Below are positions 26,977-36,716 of a stretch of 64,000 bases of DNA, piece after piece. Position 1 is the stretch's first letter. Each line of letters starts with the position of its first letter. The position numbers and the translations under genes are program-made. A model generated the notes under the pieces. It saw only the letters and a list, made by a program, of their open reading frames with translations, was not told the origin of the DNA and did not search any database. Source of the DNA: an uncultured Candidatus Saccharibacteria bacterium (lineage in GTDB: Bacteria > Patescibacteriota > Minisyncoccia > Phycocordibacterales > Phycocordibacteraceae); contig CAZJPR010000003.1 in assembly GCA_964548265.1 (NCBI GenBank), positions 279 through 64,278 of the forward strand, read 5' to 3'.

Positions 26977-27852
26977 ATGGACATTGTCCCCCAACTCGTC
27001 GTAAATAGCGTCATCGCCGGGTCGCTCTACGCGCTCATCGCAATGAGCTTCAACCTGGTATTCGGGGCTACCCGCTTCTTTAACCTTGCGCACGGTGTGC
27101 TTGGAGCGATCGCCGCTTATACCGTCTTCTTTATCGGCATGACGCTCAAGCTCCCACTGCTGGTAGCAGTCATCGGTGGTGTCGTGGTTGGTGCTGCGGT
27201 CGGCTACGGACTTGAGCGCCTTATTTATCGACCGCTCAGAAAGCGAGGCGGCTCCAGCCTCGTACTGCTTGTCGCTTCACTTGGCGCCTTTACGGCAATC
27301 GAAGCGTTCATCGCTATCTTGTTCACCAGCCAGTTCCGCACGCTTTCAGCACTCGTAGGACCCACCGGCTCCTTGAATCTAGGCGGCGGAATCATGACCT
27401 ATGTGCAGGTCGCAATGTTCTCTTCGGCTGTCGGGGTGTTGATTCTTCACTGGATTCTCCTCACGAAGACTTCCTTCGGTCGCGCCGTGCGTGCTGTCTC
27501 AGACGACGAAGAAGTAGCAAAGATTGTAGGAATCGATACGAACAAGATTATCGGCCTCATATTTATTGTAGGTTCTGCAGTCGCTGCTCTTGCGGGCATC
27601 TTCGCTGGGATGGATACCGGTATCGAGCCGCGCATGGGCTTTATTCTGCTTCTTAAGGGAGTCATCGCCGCCATCATCGGCGGAATGGGCAGTGTGTACG
27701 GAGGATTCCTTGGTGCCTTCATTCTTGGCTTCGCGGAGAACTTTGGCATCTGGCACATCTCCGGAGAATGGAAGGACGCAATAGCTTTCGTGATACTTCT
27801 TATCTTCCTCCTGGTTAGGCCTCAGGGGATACTAGGGAAGAAGAGAGCATAG
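26977..27852 (+). CDS. livH: Branched-chain amino acid ABC transporter permease LivH
   Basis: BPD_transp_2 family, 8+ TM helices. Confidence 0.8.
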   Translation: MDIVPQLVVNSVIAGSLYALIAMSFNLVFGATRFFNLAHGVLGAIAAYTVFFIGMTLKLPLLVAVIGGVVVGAAVGYGLERLIYRPLRKRGGSSLVLLVASLGAFTAIEAFIAILFTSQFRTLSALVGPTGSLNLGGGIMTYVQVAMFSSAVGVLILHWILLTKTSFGRAVRAVSDDEEVAKIVGIDTNKIIGLIFIVGSAVAALAGIFAGMDTGIEPRMGFILLLKGVIAAIIGGMGSVYGGFLGAFILGFAENFGIWHISGEWKDAIAFVILLIFLLVRPQGILGKKRA

Positions 27853-27855
27853 CTT

Positions 27856-28722
27856 ATGGAATACCTCGTCCACCTCGCAGTCGTCTTTGCCATCTACGCG
27901 ATACTCGCCGTATCCCTCCAGCTCATTGTCGGGTTCACGGGTCTCATATCACTCGCCCACGCCGCCTTCTACGGCGTGGGCGCGTATAGTGTCGCGCTCA
28001 TCCTCGAGAACACAGGCTTCGGATTCTTCCCGGCTCTAGTGCTCGGCATCCTCGTTAGCGCGGTGGCAGCTTTCCTTATAGGTATCGTGCTCTCCAAGTT
28101 CCGTGACGACTACTACGCGCTTGGTTCCTTGGGCTTCACAGTCATTGTGTTCTCTATTTTCCTTAACTGGCAGGAACTCACGCGTGGACCGCTTGGTATT
28201 CCGGGAATCAACCGTCCTGAACTCTTCGGTTTTGTATTCTCGGAGAATATTGTGTATCTCGGACTTGCCCTCGTGCTGCTGGGGCTGTGTTACGCCTTCT
28301 CCACGTTCGTGACGAAGTCTTCGTTTGGTCGCGCGCTCCAAGCCATACGCGAGGACGAGGTCGCACTCTCGGTCTTCGGCTACCATACGAGCTGGTTCAA
28401 GCTCGCAGTGTTCGTGATGGGAGCGGGTATGGCGGCAATTGCCGGAGGGCTCTTCGCTTCCTACATAACCTTCATCGATCCAAGCTCCTTCGGCGTGCCT
28501 GAATCGGTGTTCATGCTTTCGGTCATTATTCTTGGAGGACTTGGGTCTCTTCGCGGCGCAGTTATAGGAGCGCTCGTACTCGTACTACTTCCTGAAGCAT
28601 TGAGGTTTGTTGGCTTCACTCCTGACATCGCTGCGCAGATGCGCCAAGTCATCTACGGTCTTATGCTCGTCTTCCTTATGCTCTATCGGCCGCAGGGATT
28701 GGCAGGAACATACCGCCTATGA
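27856..28722 (+). CDS. livM: Branched-chain amino acid ABC transporter permease LivM
   Basis: BPD_transp_2 family. Confidence 0.8.
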   Translation: MEYLVHLAVVFAIYAILAVSLQLIVGFTGLISLAHAAFYGVGAYSVALILENTGFGFFPALVLGILVSAVAAFLIGIVLSKFRDDYYALGSLGFTVIVFSIFLNWQELTRGPLGIPGINRPELFGFVFSENIVYLGLALVLLGLCYAFSTFVTKSSFGRALQAIREDEVALSVFGYHTSWFKLAVFVMGAGMAAIAGGLFASYITFIDPSSFGVPESVFMLSVIILGGLGSLRGAVIGALVLVLLPEALRFVGFTPDIAAQMRQVIYGLMLVFLMLYRPQGLAGTYRL

Positions 28723-29453
28723 ACGCACTCCAGACAAAGGAGCTCGTAAAGAAGTTCGGCGGTGTGACGGCCGTTAACGGGCTGTCCATTACCGTACCTA
28801 CAGGAAAGATTACGAGCGTCATCGGTCCTAACGGCTCAGGAAAGACAACGCTCACCAACGTCCTCACCGGCATCTGCCAGATAGACGGAGGCGTGGTGGT
28901 GGTCGCAGGAGGGAAGGAGCGCGCACGCATTAAGCCGTACCAGGTATTCGGACTTGGCCTCACCCGCACCTTCCAGAACGTCCGCGTCTTCGAGCAGGTA
29001 AGTGTGCTCGATAACGTCCTTATCTCCCTCACCAAGCGCAGCGTGCTCGGTTCGTTGTTCGAGAAGAACAAGGAGGAGCATCTTAAGAAAGCAGAAGAGG
29101 TTCTCGTCCGCGTCGGGCTCTGGGAAAAGAAAGACGCGTACGCTTCAGAACTTTCTTACGGGCAACGCAAACTCCTCGAGATTGCGCGGGCACTTGCGAC
29201 CGGTGCCGATACCATTCTCTTTGATGAGCCGTACGCAGGGCTCTTCCCAGAGATGGTGAAGCTCGTGTCCGGCATCATGCGTGACCTTAGGGAACAAGGT
29301 AAGACCATCGTACTCATCGAGCACGACATGGCCCTCATACGTGAACTCTCAGACCATGTGATAGTGATGGACGCGGGGAAGTTGCTTGCAGAGGGTACGC
29401 CAACTGACGTACTTTCAAACAAGGCGGTAATCGAGGCGTATTTGGGAGTCTAG
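28719..29453 (+). CDS. livG: Branched-chain amino acid ABC transporter ATP-binding protein LivG
   Basis: Walker A GPNGSGKTT, ABC signature LSYGQRK, Walker B ILFDEP. Confidence 0.85.
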   Translation: MNALQTKELVKKFGGVTAVNGLSITVPTGKITSVIGPNGSGKTTLTNVLTGICQIDGGVVVVAGGKERARIKPYQVFGLGLTRTFQNVRVFEQVSVLDNVLISLTKRSVLGSLFEKNKEEHLKKAEEVLVRVGLWEKKDAYASELSYGQRKLLEIARALATGADTILFDEPYAGLFPEMVKLVSGIMRDLREQGKTIVLIEHDMALIRELSDHVIVMDAGKLLAEGTPTDVLSNKAVIEAYLGV

Positions 29454-30175
29454 GCTTCCGTCTTACTCCACAAGAACTCGAAGATCGCCCGTATCATCTG
29501 GGCAAGTTCGATGTTCTCGACCACAACAACGACCACCTCATCCTTGAAGCTCAGCATCGCTATCTTGTTCTTCCACATCCACATAAGCGAAGAGAAAGGG
29601 AGTGGTGGCTGCACGAGCCGGCTTTCCCGAAGATCCTGTGCGTCCTTCTGCTGACGTTCGCGTGCTTTCGGTGTATCACGGAAAATACTACGGAAAGGAA
29701 TACCTGCGTCCTTCCTGCGCTTCGTGAAAGAGGGGAAGAACTCTGGAAGTTCATTGAAGAGTTCCTCGGGAGATCCGATACCGATGAGTTCTGTCGCCTC
29801 ACCAAGAATTTCTTCGGCAACCACCTCGACACCGTCCCTACCTTTATACAAACGCACCTTGCTACCGGACGGCCCTTTCTCATAGAGGGCGCTCAGCTCT
29901 GGAAAGATGGTGTCGAGCGTTGCTTTCTGCTGCGCAAGCGTCTCCTTAAGTATCGTCGGATCGTTCACTGAGAAATGTTTGCGCCCTCGCGACTTGTACA
30001 TATTCACGAGGCCCTTCTCGGAGAGTTGTTTGAGTGCATCATAGACGGTGGACTTGGGTATACCAGCCTGCTCCGCAATCTGTATGGCAGTGCCTGACTT
30101 CAGGCGCAGGAGCGCGAGATAGATATCGGTATCGTTCTGGGAGAACCCTAGGGAATGGAGTGCGCTCTTCTGCAT
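29450..30175 (-). CDS. TrmB-family transcriptional regulator
   Basis: N-terminal wHTH (LGFSQNDTDIYLALLRLKSGTAIQIAEQAGIPKSTVYDALKQL) plus TrmB-like C-domain. Confidence 0.6.
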   Translation of the reverse strand: MQKSALHSLGFSQNDTDIYLALLRLKSGTAIQIAEQAGIPKSTVYDALKQLSEKGLVNMYKSRGRKHFSVNDPTILKETLAQQKATLDTIFPELSALYEKGPSGSKVRLYKGRDGVEVVAEEILGEATELIGIGSPEELFNELPEFFPSFTKRRKDAGIPFRSIFRDTPKARERQQKDAQDLRESRLVQPPLPFSSLMWMWKNKIAMLSFKDEVVVVVVENIELAQMIRAIFEFLWSKTEA

Positions 30176-30268
30176 AGATTTTGACGGCGAATCCGTCGTC
30201 TTTGTATGGGATAAATATACAGTATTTAAGCCATATAATCAATATATAGTTAGCTTTAGACGGATTTC

Positions 30269-30294
30269 CTGTACTTTCATGAAGAAAAGTACAG
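30269..30294. promoter_or_regulatory. Inverted repeat (candidate operator/5'-UTR hairpin) in the divergent regulator/SBP intergenic region
   Basis: CTGTACTTT-catgaaga-AAAGTACAG, 10 nt before ATG at 30305; perfect TATAAT at 30234-30239 upstream. Confidence 0.4.
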
Positions 30295-30304
30295 AATCGG
30301 CCCT

Positions 30305-31399
30305 ATGAAAAACCACATATTCTGGGCGGTAGGAATCCTAGTGCTCATTGGCGCATGGGTGCTGTGGGGCACGAGTTCCCAGGAGCGCGAGGTTATAAAG
30401 GTAGGAGTTATCGCTTCCCTCACGGGTGGAGGGGCTGCCCGCGGAGAAAGCGCGCTCCAGGGCATTGAGCTTGCGAAGAAAGAGATTGAAGAAGCAAGAA
30501 CCTTAGGAAACAAGAAGATTGAATTCGTGGTGCAGGATGTGCCGCTCGAGAAACCCAAGGACGCAATCGCGGCATACAACTATCTGGTCGACGTGGAGAA
30601 GGTTGTTGCGATAGTTGGTCCTATGGGTTCCGGGGCGGCGATGTCACTCGCTCCATTGGTTGATGCAAAGAAGGTGCCCATTATCGTGCACGCTGCTTCG
30701 GTGCAGGGAGCGACGGAGGGGAACGAGTACCTCCTGCGCCTCTGGCCGACTGCAGACCAGTATGCAGATGCGATGATGCAGACGCTTACCGAGGGCGGAT
30801 ATACGAAGGTCGCATTCCTTTCCGCAACACATGAGAATACTGTGGAGCTCTCTAGCATTCTCCGAGAACGCCTTGGCGCGAGTGTGATTATTGAAGAAAG
30901 CGTATCGGTAGATACAAAAGACTTCCGCACACAACTTACAAAGATAAAGCAGGCAGCGCCTGACGCAGTGTTCGTAAACGTCTTCGCGGGACAGATTGGC
31001 GTCGCGGCACACCAAGCACGCACGCTTGGTATTGATGCTCCACTTTTCACCAATGGAGTCATGTCCGTCACCGAACTCGCGAAAGCTGAGGGTGCACTTG
31101 AAAATACCTGGTTCCCTCGCTTCAGTGGGTACACGCAAGAAGCGCGCGAAGAGTTCGTTGCCTTTCTGGGGACGGAGCCCGCCGTGCCGGAAAATGCTGC
31201 TGCGGGACATGACGCAGCAATCGCTATAGCGGAAGCAATCGCACACCACGGCTCGAACTCCGAAGGCATCAAAGATTACCTCTACAGTCGCCAGTTTAAG
31301 GGAACTATCGGTGACTTCTCTTTCCTTGAAACTGGAAACGCGAAACTCCCAATTGGCATTTGGACAGTACGTGCCGACGACCTCGTCGAGGTAGAATAG
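30305..31399 (+). CDS. Second LivJ/K-family ABC substrate-binding protein
   Basis: Peripla_BP_6-like; N-terminal TM/signal. Confidence 0.75.
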   Translation: MKNHIFWAVGILVLIGAWVLWGTSSQEREVIKVGVIASLTGGGAARGESALQGIELAKKEIEEARTLGNKKIEFVVQDVPLEKPKDAIAAYNYLVDVEKVVAIVGPMGSGAAMSLAPLVDAKKVPIIVHAASVQGATEGNEYLLRLWPTADQYADAMMQTLTEGGYTKVAFLSATHENTVELSSILRERLGASVIIEESVSVDTKDFRTQLTKIKQAAPDAVFVNVFAGQIGVAAHQARTLGIDAPLFTNGVMSVTELAKAEGALENTWFPRFSGYTQEAREEFVAFLGTEPAVPENAAAGHDAAIAIAEAIAHHGSNSEGIKDYLYSRQFKGTIGDFSFLETGNAKLPIGIWTVRADDLVEVE

Positions 31400-31403
31400 T
31401 CGG

Positions 31404-32129
31404 GTGACTACAGAGACCCTCCTCAAACTCGACGACATCCACGTCCACTACGGTGGCGTGAAAGCACTTGATGGCGCATCAGTCTCGCTTGACGAAGGAG
31501 AGGTCGTTGCACTCATGGGCCCCAACGGCGCAGGGAAGTCCACCATCCTCAAGGCAATCTTTGGACTTGCTCCGGTAACTGGAGGCTCGGTCTCCTGGGA
31601 GGGAAGTGCAATACACCCTATCCCGCATGAAGTGGTAGCCCGAGGCATCGCCTTCGTTCCTCAGGGTCGCCGTGTCTTTGCGGACCTTACCGTAGAAGAG
31701 AACCTCGAGATAGGTGGATTCACCGTCAAAGACAAGGCAATCGTCCGTGAGCGCATCAAAGGGCTTATGGAAATGTTCCCTATATTAAAGGAGAAGCGAA
31801 ACGCCAAGTCCGGGACGCTCTCCGGAGGCCAGCAACAGATGCTCGCGATTGCCCGAGGTCTTATGACCGACCCTAAGGTCCTCTTGCTCGACGAGCCCTC
31901 CCTCGGACTCGCCCCTAAGGTGGTGAAAGAGGTCTTTGCGTTCGTGAAGGAGATTAACCAGAAGCGAAATACTGCCGTCATGGTGGTGGAACACAACATC
32001 AAGTCGCTCCTTGAGATAGCTACGAGAGGCTACATCCTCGACAAGGGAAAGGTGGTCGCCCATGGCTCCCCGCAGGAACTCGTATCCAAAGGGACGCTTG
32101 AAAAGGTGTTTACAGGTGCTGCGCTCTAG
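31404..32129 (+). CDS. livF: Branched-chain amino acid ABC transporter ATP-binding protein LivF
   Basis: Walker A GPNGAGKST, LSGGQQQML, LLLDEPS; GTG start. Confidence 0.85.
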   Translation: MTTETLLKLDDIHVHYGGVKALDGASVSLDEGEVVALMGPNGAGKSTILKAIFGLAPVTGGSVSWEGSAIHPIPHEVVARGIAFVPQGRRVFADLTVEENLEIGGFTVKDKAIVRERIKGLMEMFPILKEKRNAKSGTLSGGQQQMLAIARGLMTDPKVLLLDEPSLGLAPKVVKEVFAFVKEINQKRNTAVMVVEHNIKSLLEIATRGYILDKGKVVAHGSPQELVSKGTLEKVFTGAAL

Positions 32130-32147
32130 ACTGGTATACTGCTTCCA

Positions 32148-32888
32148 ATGTTGATCGTTGGTAACTGGAAGACGTACGTCCGTACGCGAGAGAAAGCTAA
32201 GAAGCTTCTCGCCGTTGCTAAGCGGCTCGCCGTCGGACGTAAGATTTCTATTGTCATAGCTCCTCCGGCTCCGTACCTCGGCCTCCTTGCCGGAAGCAGG
32301 GGAAACGTAGCGCTCGCGTCCCAAGATATTTCAGACACGCTCGATACGATTGAGACAGGAGAAATCGCCGCCCCTCTTTTGAAAGAACTCGGTGTGAAGT
32401 ACACCATCATCGGACACTCAGAACGCCGGGCTCGTGGAGAGAGCGATGAGCGCATCAACCAGAAGCTGAAGCGCGCACTCGTTCACGGAATGACACCGAT
32501 TCTCTGCGTAGGGGAGCGCGAGCGCGATAGCGAAGCAAAGTATCTTTCTTTTGTGCGCGGACAGCTCACGAGCGCTTTTAAAGGTCTCTCCGCAAAGGAG
32601 AGCCTCGAGGTCATCATCGCGTACGAGCCCGTGTGGGCAATCGGCAAAACTGATGAGGATGCAATCCAGTCACACGACCTCAACGAAATGGTGCTCTACA
32701 TTCGTAAGATTCTCGGCGACTTCATTCCAGGAAAGGGGGCATCGAAAGTGAAAGTTCTCTACGGAGGTTCAACGGAACCAGAAAACGTACGTGCACTTGC
32801 TGGTGGTGGTGGTGTCGACGGATTCCTTGTCGGGCACGCAAGCGTAGACCCGGTCATGTTTGCGGGCATCGTGAAGGCACTTAAATGA
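32148..32888 (+). CDS. tpiA: Triosephosphate isomerase
   Basis: GNWK, IIGHSERR, YEPVWAIGTG-like motifs. Confidence 0.9.
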   Translation: MLIVGNWKTYVRTREKAKKLLAVAKRLAVGRKISIVIAPPAPYLGLLAGSRGNVALASQDISDTLDTIETGEIAAPLLKELGVKYTIIGHSERRARGESDERINQKLKRALVHGMTPILCVGERERDSEAKYLSFVRGQLTSAFKGLSAKESLEVIIAYEPVWAIGKTDEDAIQSHDLNEMVLYIRKILGDFIPGKGASKVKVLYGGSTEPENVRALAGGGGVDGFLVGHASVDPVMFAGIVKALK

Positions 32889-34018
32889 AATCACTTTCCG
32901 ACATTCCGAAGCTCGATGGTGTACGAGTCTTGGTACGCTCCTCGCTCAACGTTCCGGTAGCAGACGGAAAAGTGGTGAACACGTTCCGCTTGCGCGGTGC
33001 ACTTCCAACAATTACCTACCTTCGTGAGAAAAGAGCGCGCGTCATTCTTATAAGCCACATCAGCGGAAAGGGGGCTGAATCCCTCGCTCCTATGTGGGAG
33101 GCCATGAAGGAATTTATTCCTGATATTCAGTTTTGTCCGGACATTATTGGAGACCAAGCGAGAAACGCAGTCTCTGCACTTCAAGCTGGCGAAGTGCTCA
33201 TCCTCGAGAACCTGCGTCAGAACCCAGGGGAGGAAGGGAACGATGAGGTGTTCGCGAAAGAACTCGCAAGCCTCGGAGAGGTGTTCGTACAAGACACCTT
33301 CGACGTCTGCCACCGCAAACACGCAGGGGTCGTTGGCATCCCGAAGTTTCTTCCTTCATACGCCGGCCTTCTTGTGGAAAAAGAGGTGCAGGAACTCGCA
33401 GGAGCGCTCCACCCGCAATTCCCCTCGCTTGCAATTATCAGCGGAGCCAAGTTCTCTACCAAGGAGCCCGTCATCAAGAAACTCCTTGCTAGCTACGACA
33501 AGGTATTTGTGGGTGGCGCACTCGCAAATGATTTCATCAAAGAAGCTGGAAATCCGGTGGGTGCCTCGCTTGTCTCTGGCACAAGCGGCGAGGAGATACG
33601 GGAGCTTTTACATAATAAGAAGGTAGTCATTCCGGTAGATGCAATCGTCGCCCCTAAAGGAGCCGAACGTAACGCGGGACGTGCGACGAAACTTTCTGAC
33701 GTAAAAGAGAATGAAGCAATTCTCGACATCGGTCCTGAGACCAGTACGCTCTTGGCGGATATTGTAAAGGACTCGAAGTCAGTGCTCTGGAACGGGCCTT
33801 TGGGTAACTACGAGAATGGGTTTACAGACGGCACAGAGAACCTTGCCAAGGCAATCGTTGCTAGTGGTGCGCACTCGGTCATGGGGGGAGGAGACTCAAT
33901 CGCTGTGGTCGAGAATCTTGGACTTGCCGATAAGTTCTCCTTTATTTCCACGGGGGGAGGCGCCATGCTCGACTTCCTCGCCGAAGGTACGCTCCCTGGA
34001 ATCGAAGCTCTAAAGTGA
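32885..34018 (+). CDS. pgk: Phosphoglycerate kinase
   Basis: PGK N- and C-domain motifs (SLNVPV, GGGDS, GGGA); overlaps tpiA stop (ATGA). Confidence 0.85.
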   Translation: MKSLSDIPKLDGVRVLVRSSLNVPVADGKVVNTFRLRGALPTITYLREKRARVILISHISGKGAESLAPMWEAMKEFIPDIQFCPDIIGDQARNAVSALQAGEVLILENLRQNPGEEGNDEVFAKELASLGEVFVQDTFDVCHRKHAGVVGIPKFLPSYAGLLVEKEVQELAGALHPQFPSLAIISGAKFSTKEPVIKKLLASYDKVFVGGALANDFIKEAGNPVGASLVSGTSGEEIRELLHNKKVVIPVDAIVAPKGAERNAGRATKLSDVKENEAILDIGPETSTLLADIVKDSKSVLWNGPLGNYENGFTDGTENLAKAIVASGAHSVMGGGDSIAVVENLGLADKFSFISTGGGAMLDFLAEGTLPGIEALK

Positions 34019-34039
34019 ATTTGGTACACTAGGGCTCAC

Positions 34040-35743
34040 ATGTTCTCTCTCCGTGAGCCTCTAGACGAACAAACCCGGGCTGCGCTGGTTGCCTACGACG
34101 ATCTTGCGGCCCTTTTGCTTGCCCATCGAGGTGTTGCCTCCAAAGAAGAAGCTGAGTTTTTCCTGAATCCTTCCTATGATTTGCATCTTCATGACCCCAT
34201 GAAGATTCTGAACATGCCGAAAGCTGCCGAGCGCCTTGCGAAAGCGATAAGCACCAAGGAGCAAATTGCTGTTTGGAGCGATTACGACTGCGACGGCATC
34301 CCCGGAGGTGTCATCTTGCATGACTTTCTCAAGAAAGCTGGGGCAAACTTCGTAAACTACATCCCGCACCGTCACGAGGAGGGGTATGGGGTGAACGAAG
34401 GAGGAATCGAAAAGCTTGCGAAGGACGGAGTAACGCTCGTCATCACGGTGGACTCCGGCATTGTCGACAATGTGCCTATCGCTCGTGCCAAAGAACTTGG
34501 TATGGATGTCATTGTCACTGATCACCACGAACCAGGAGAAGAACTTCCGGACGCTTTTGCGGTCATAGACCCCAAACAGAGAGGAGAGACTGCTCCATTC
34601 AAAGAACTCTGTGGTGCAGGACTTGCTTGGAAGCTTGTATGTGCCACGCTTCAACATGGCTTTGCGGGACGCGAGAAGATCCCTGTCGGTTGGGAGAAGT
34701 GGCTTCTTGATATGGCTGGGCTCGCAACGATTGCAGACATGGTGCCACTCACCGGAGAGAACCGTGTCATCGCAAAGTACGGACTCTTGGTGATGCGTAA
34801 GTCCCCGCGCATTGGTTTAGTAAAGCTCTGTAAGGCAGCCAACGTTAACCAGCGCATGATTACGGAGGACGACGTGGGATTCATGATTGCTCCCCGAGTG
34901 AACGCAGCTTCCCGCATGGGAGACCCTCGTGACGCGTTCACCCTCTTCACCACCGAAGACGAGAACGAGGCAGAAGCACTCGCAAAACTTCTTGAGAAAG
35001 CCAACCGCAGCCGCCGTTCGGTAGCAGCAGGCATCACACGCGCGGTGCACGACCGCCTTGCCGATCGCGAGATTCCAGACGTCATCGCAATGGGAGATCC
35101 AGACTGGCGGCCGGGACTTCTTGGACTTGTTGCTAACTCAATTGCTGATCAGTACCAACGTCCCGTGTTCCTCTGGGGCAGGGAGGCGAGCATGATTTGC
35201 AAAGGCTCCTGCCGTGCAGGAAGAAAGGACGTGCACGTACTCGACCTCATGGGCGCAGCAGAAGACACGTTCGTACAATTCGGGGGGCACGCACAGGCTG
35301 GCGGCTTCACCGTGAAGGAAGACGCTGTGTTTTTCCTTGAGGAGCGTCTCGCCAAGGCGCTCGCGACACTGCCAGGCAGCACTGAAGCAACACTCGCTAT
35401 TGCGGACGCAGAAATAACACCTGACGATGCAACAGGAAGCCTCCTCTCAAGCCTCGAGAAGTTTGCGCCGTTTGGCATGGGAAACGCAAAGCCCATCTTT
35501 GCGTTTCGGGACGCAGAGGTAAATGAAGTCCTGTGGTTTGGAAAATCAAACGAGCACCTGAAGCTCCGCATCAAACGAGAGTTCGAAGGGCCTATTGATG
35601 CCATTTGCTTCTATGCAAAAAGAGAGCTCGGCACAGGATGTGCCGAGCTTGCCGTCGGGAAGCGCACTGTATTAGGTTCTCTTGAGCGCGATCAGTTCTC
35701 CCGAGGCCGCCCAGTACGTATTAGGATTTCCGCGCTTGTGTAA
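34040..35743 (+). CDS. recJ: Single-stranded-DNA-specific exonuclease RecJ
   Basis: DHH motifs (DYDCDG, TDHH) and DHHA1 domain. Confidence 0.85.
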   Translation: MFSLREPLDEQTRAALVAYDDLAALLLAHRGVASKEEAEFFLNPSYDLHLHDPMKILNMPKAAERLAKAISTKEQIAVWSDYDCDGIPGGVILHDFLKKAGANFVNYIPHRHEEGYGVNEGGIEKLAKDGVTLVITVDSGIVDNVPIARAKELGMDVIVTDHHEPGEELPDAFAVIDPKQRGETAPFKELCGAGLAWKLVCATLQHGFAGREKIPVGWEKWLLDMAGLATIADMVPLTGENRVIAKYGLLVMRKSPRIGLVKLCKAANVNQRMITEDDVGFMIAPRVNAASRMGDPRDAFTLFTTEDENEAEALAKLLEKANRSRRSVAAGITRAVHDRLADREIPDVIAMGDPDWRPGLLGLVANSIADQYQRPVFLWGREASMICKGSCRAGRKDVHVLDLMGAAEDTFVQFGGHAQAGGFTVKEDAVFFLEERLAKALATLPGSTEATLAIADAEITPDDATGSLLSSLEKFAPFGMGNAKPIFAFRDAEVNEVLWFGKSNEHLKLRIKREFEGPIDAICFYAKRELGTGCAELAVGKRTVLGSLERDQFSRGRPVRIRISALV

Positions 35744-36266
35744 GCCAGTCGGGGAGCTTTTCGAGGTCAGAGTACTGGCGTACTTCGAACTTACCCTCGG
35801 GGCGATTTGGATCCTGCTCTATTTCACTTACCTTTGACTGTGCCCTCGCGAGCGCATTTAGTATTTCTAGCCTGCTGCTTGCCTCCTCTTGCGTGACGAT
35901 GGACTTAGTACCATCTGCAGTTTTGCGCCGAACAATAACCAGAATAGGGCGTTCGTTCTCGCGACTCTCTTGTTCGAATGAGAGGCCCGCCTCCTCTCCT
36001 TCCTCTAGGGGGCCGTAATCTACCAGCTCCAGCAGTTGGAGTCCTGGCATATTATTGCGCACTAGAAAGGCTCGGATATCAGAGACGGGCATGAGGTGCG
36101 CAGCGCGAGAATGTGCATCATCATACGTAACGACAATCTTCACTTCGTGGTTTGCTGGAATCTTCTCCACAAAGTCTGCAATTGAGGTGACATCTTTCAG
36201 TCCCTCAACCACCGGCACCTTCTTCGGCCACACTGGTTTCCCTGGTTCAAATGTTTCAGCTGTCAT
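35721..36266 (-). CDS. Hypothetical protein (convergent; overlaps the recJ 3' end by about 23 nt)
   Basis: 181 aa from ATG at 36266; no recognised motifs. Confidence 0.4.
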   Translation of the reverse strand: MTAETFEPGKPVWPKKVPVVEGLKDVTSIADFVEKIPANHEVKIVVTYDDAHSRAAHLMPVSDIRAFLVRNNMPGLQLLELVDYGPLEEGEEAGLSFEQESRENERPILVIVRRKTADGTKSIVTQEEASSRLEILNALARAQSKVSEIEQDPNRPEGKFEVRQYSDLEKLPDWLTQARKS

Positions 36267-36304
36267 GTGAGTAGCGTTGTGCTGGTAGTGTAGCATTACC
36301 AGAC

Positions 36305-36715
36305 ATGGAGTACACAATTCAGGCCGACGGCGGCTCGAGAGGCAACCCGGGGCCTGCAGGAGCGGGGGCCATTGTTCGGGACACCAAGGGAAAGACCGTT
36401 TTCACGGTCTCTGAGTTCTTGGGGTACACCACCAACAACGTGGCGGAATATACCGCCATCCTCAGAGCGCTCGAGGGCCTTGCAGAAGTAGCGGGAGCAA
36501 AGACCGCCACCGTAAAGATTGAGATGGATAGCGAGCTCGTCGTGAAGCAGATGCGTGGAGAGTACAAAATTAAGCACCCGAACCTGAAGCCACTTGCGAC
36601 CCAGGTCGCGCTCTTGCTTCACCGATTCAAATCAGTGACGTTCTCCCACATTCCGCGTGCAAAGAACAAAGACGCAGACGCGCTCGCCAACAAGGCGATG
36701 GACCGCGGTCACTAA
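36305..36715 (+). CDS. rnhA: Ribonuclease HI
   Basis: DGGSRGNPGPAG start, DEDD-type catalytic residues; 136 aa. Confidence 0.8.
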   Translation: MEYTIQADGGSRGNPGPAGAGAIVRDTKGKTVFTVSEFLGYTTNNVAEYTAILRALEGLAEVAGAKTATVKIEMDSELVVKQMRGEYKIKHPNLKPLATQVALLLHRFKSVTFSHIPRAKNKDADALANKAMDRGH

Positions 36716-36716
36716 C

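Noticed and set aside
30644-31438. 264-aa minus-strand ORF
   Set aside because: Antisense to the second LivK-like SBP gene; Cys/Arg-rich composition typical of spurious GC-rich antisense frames.
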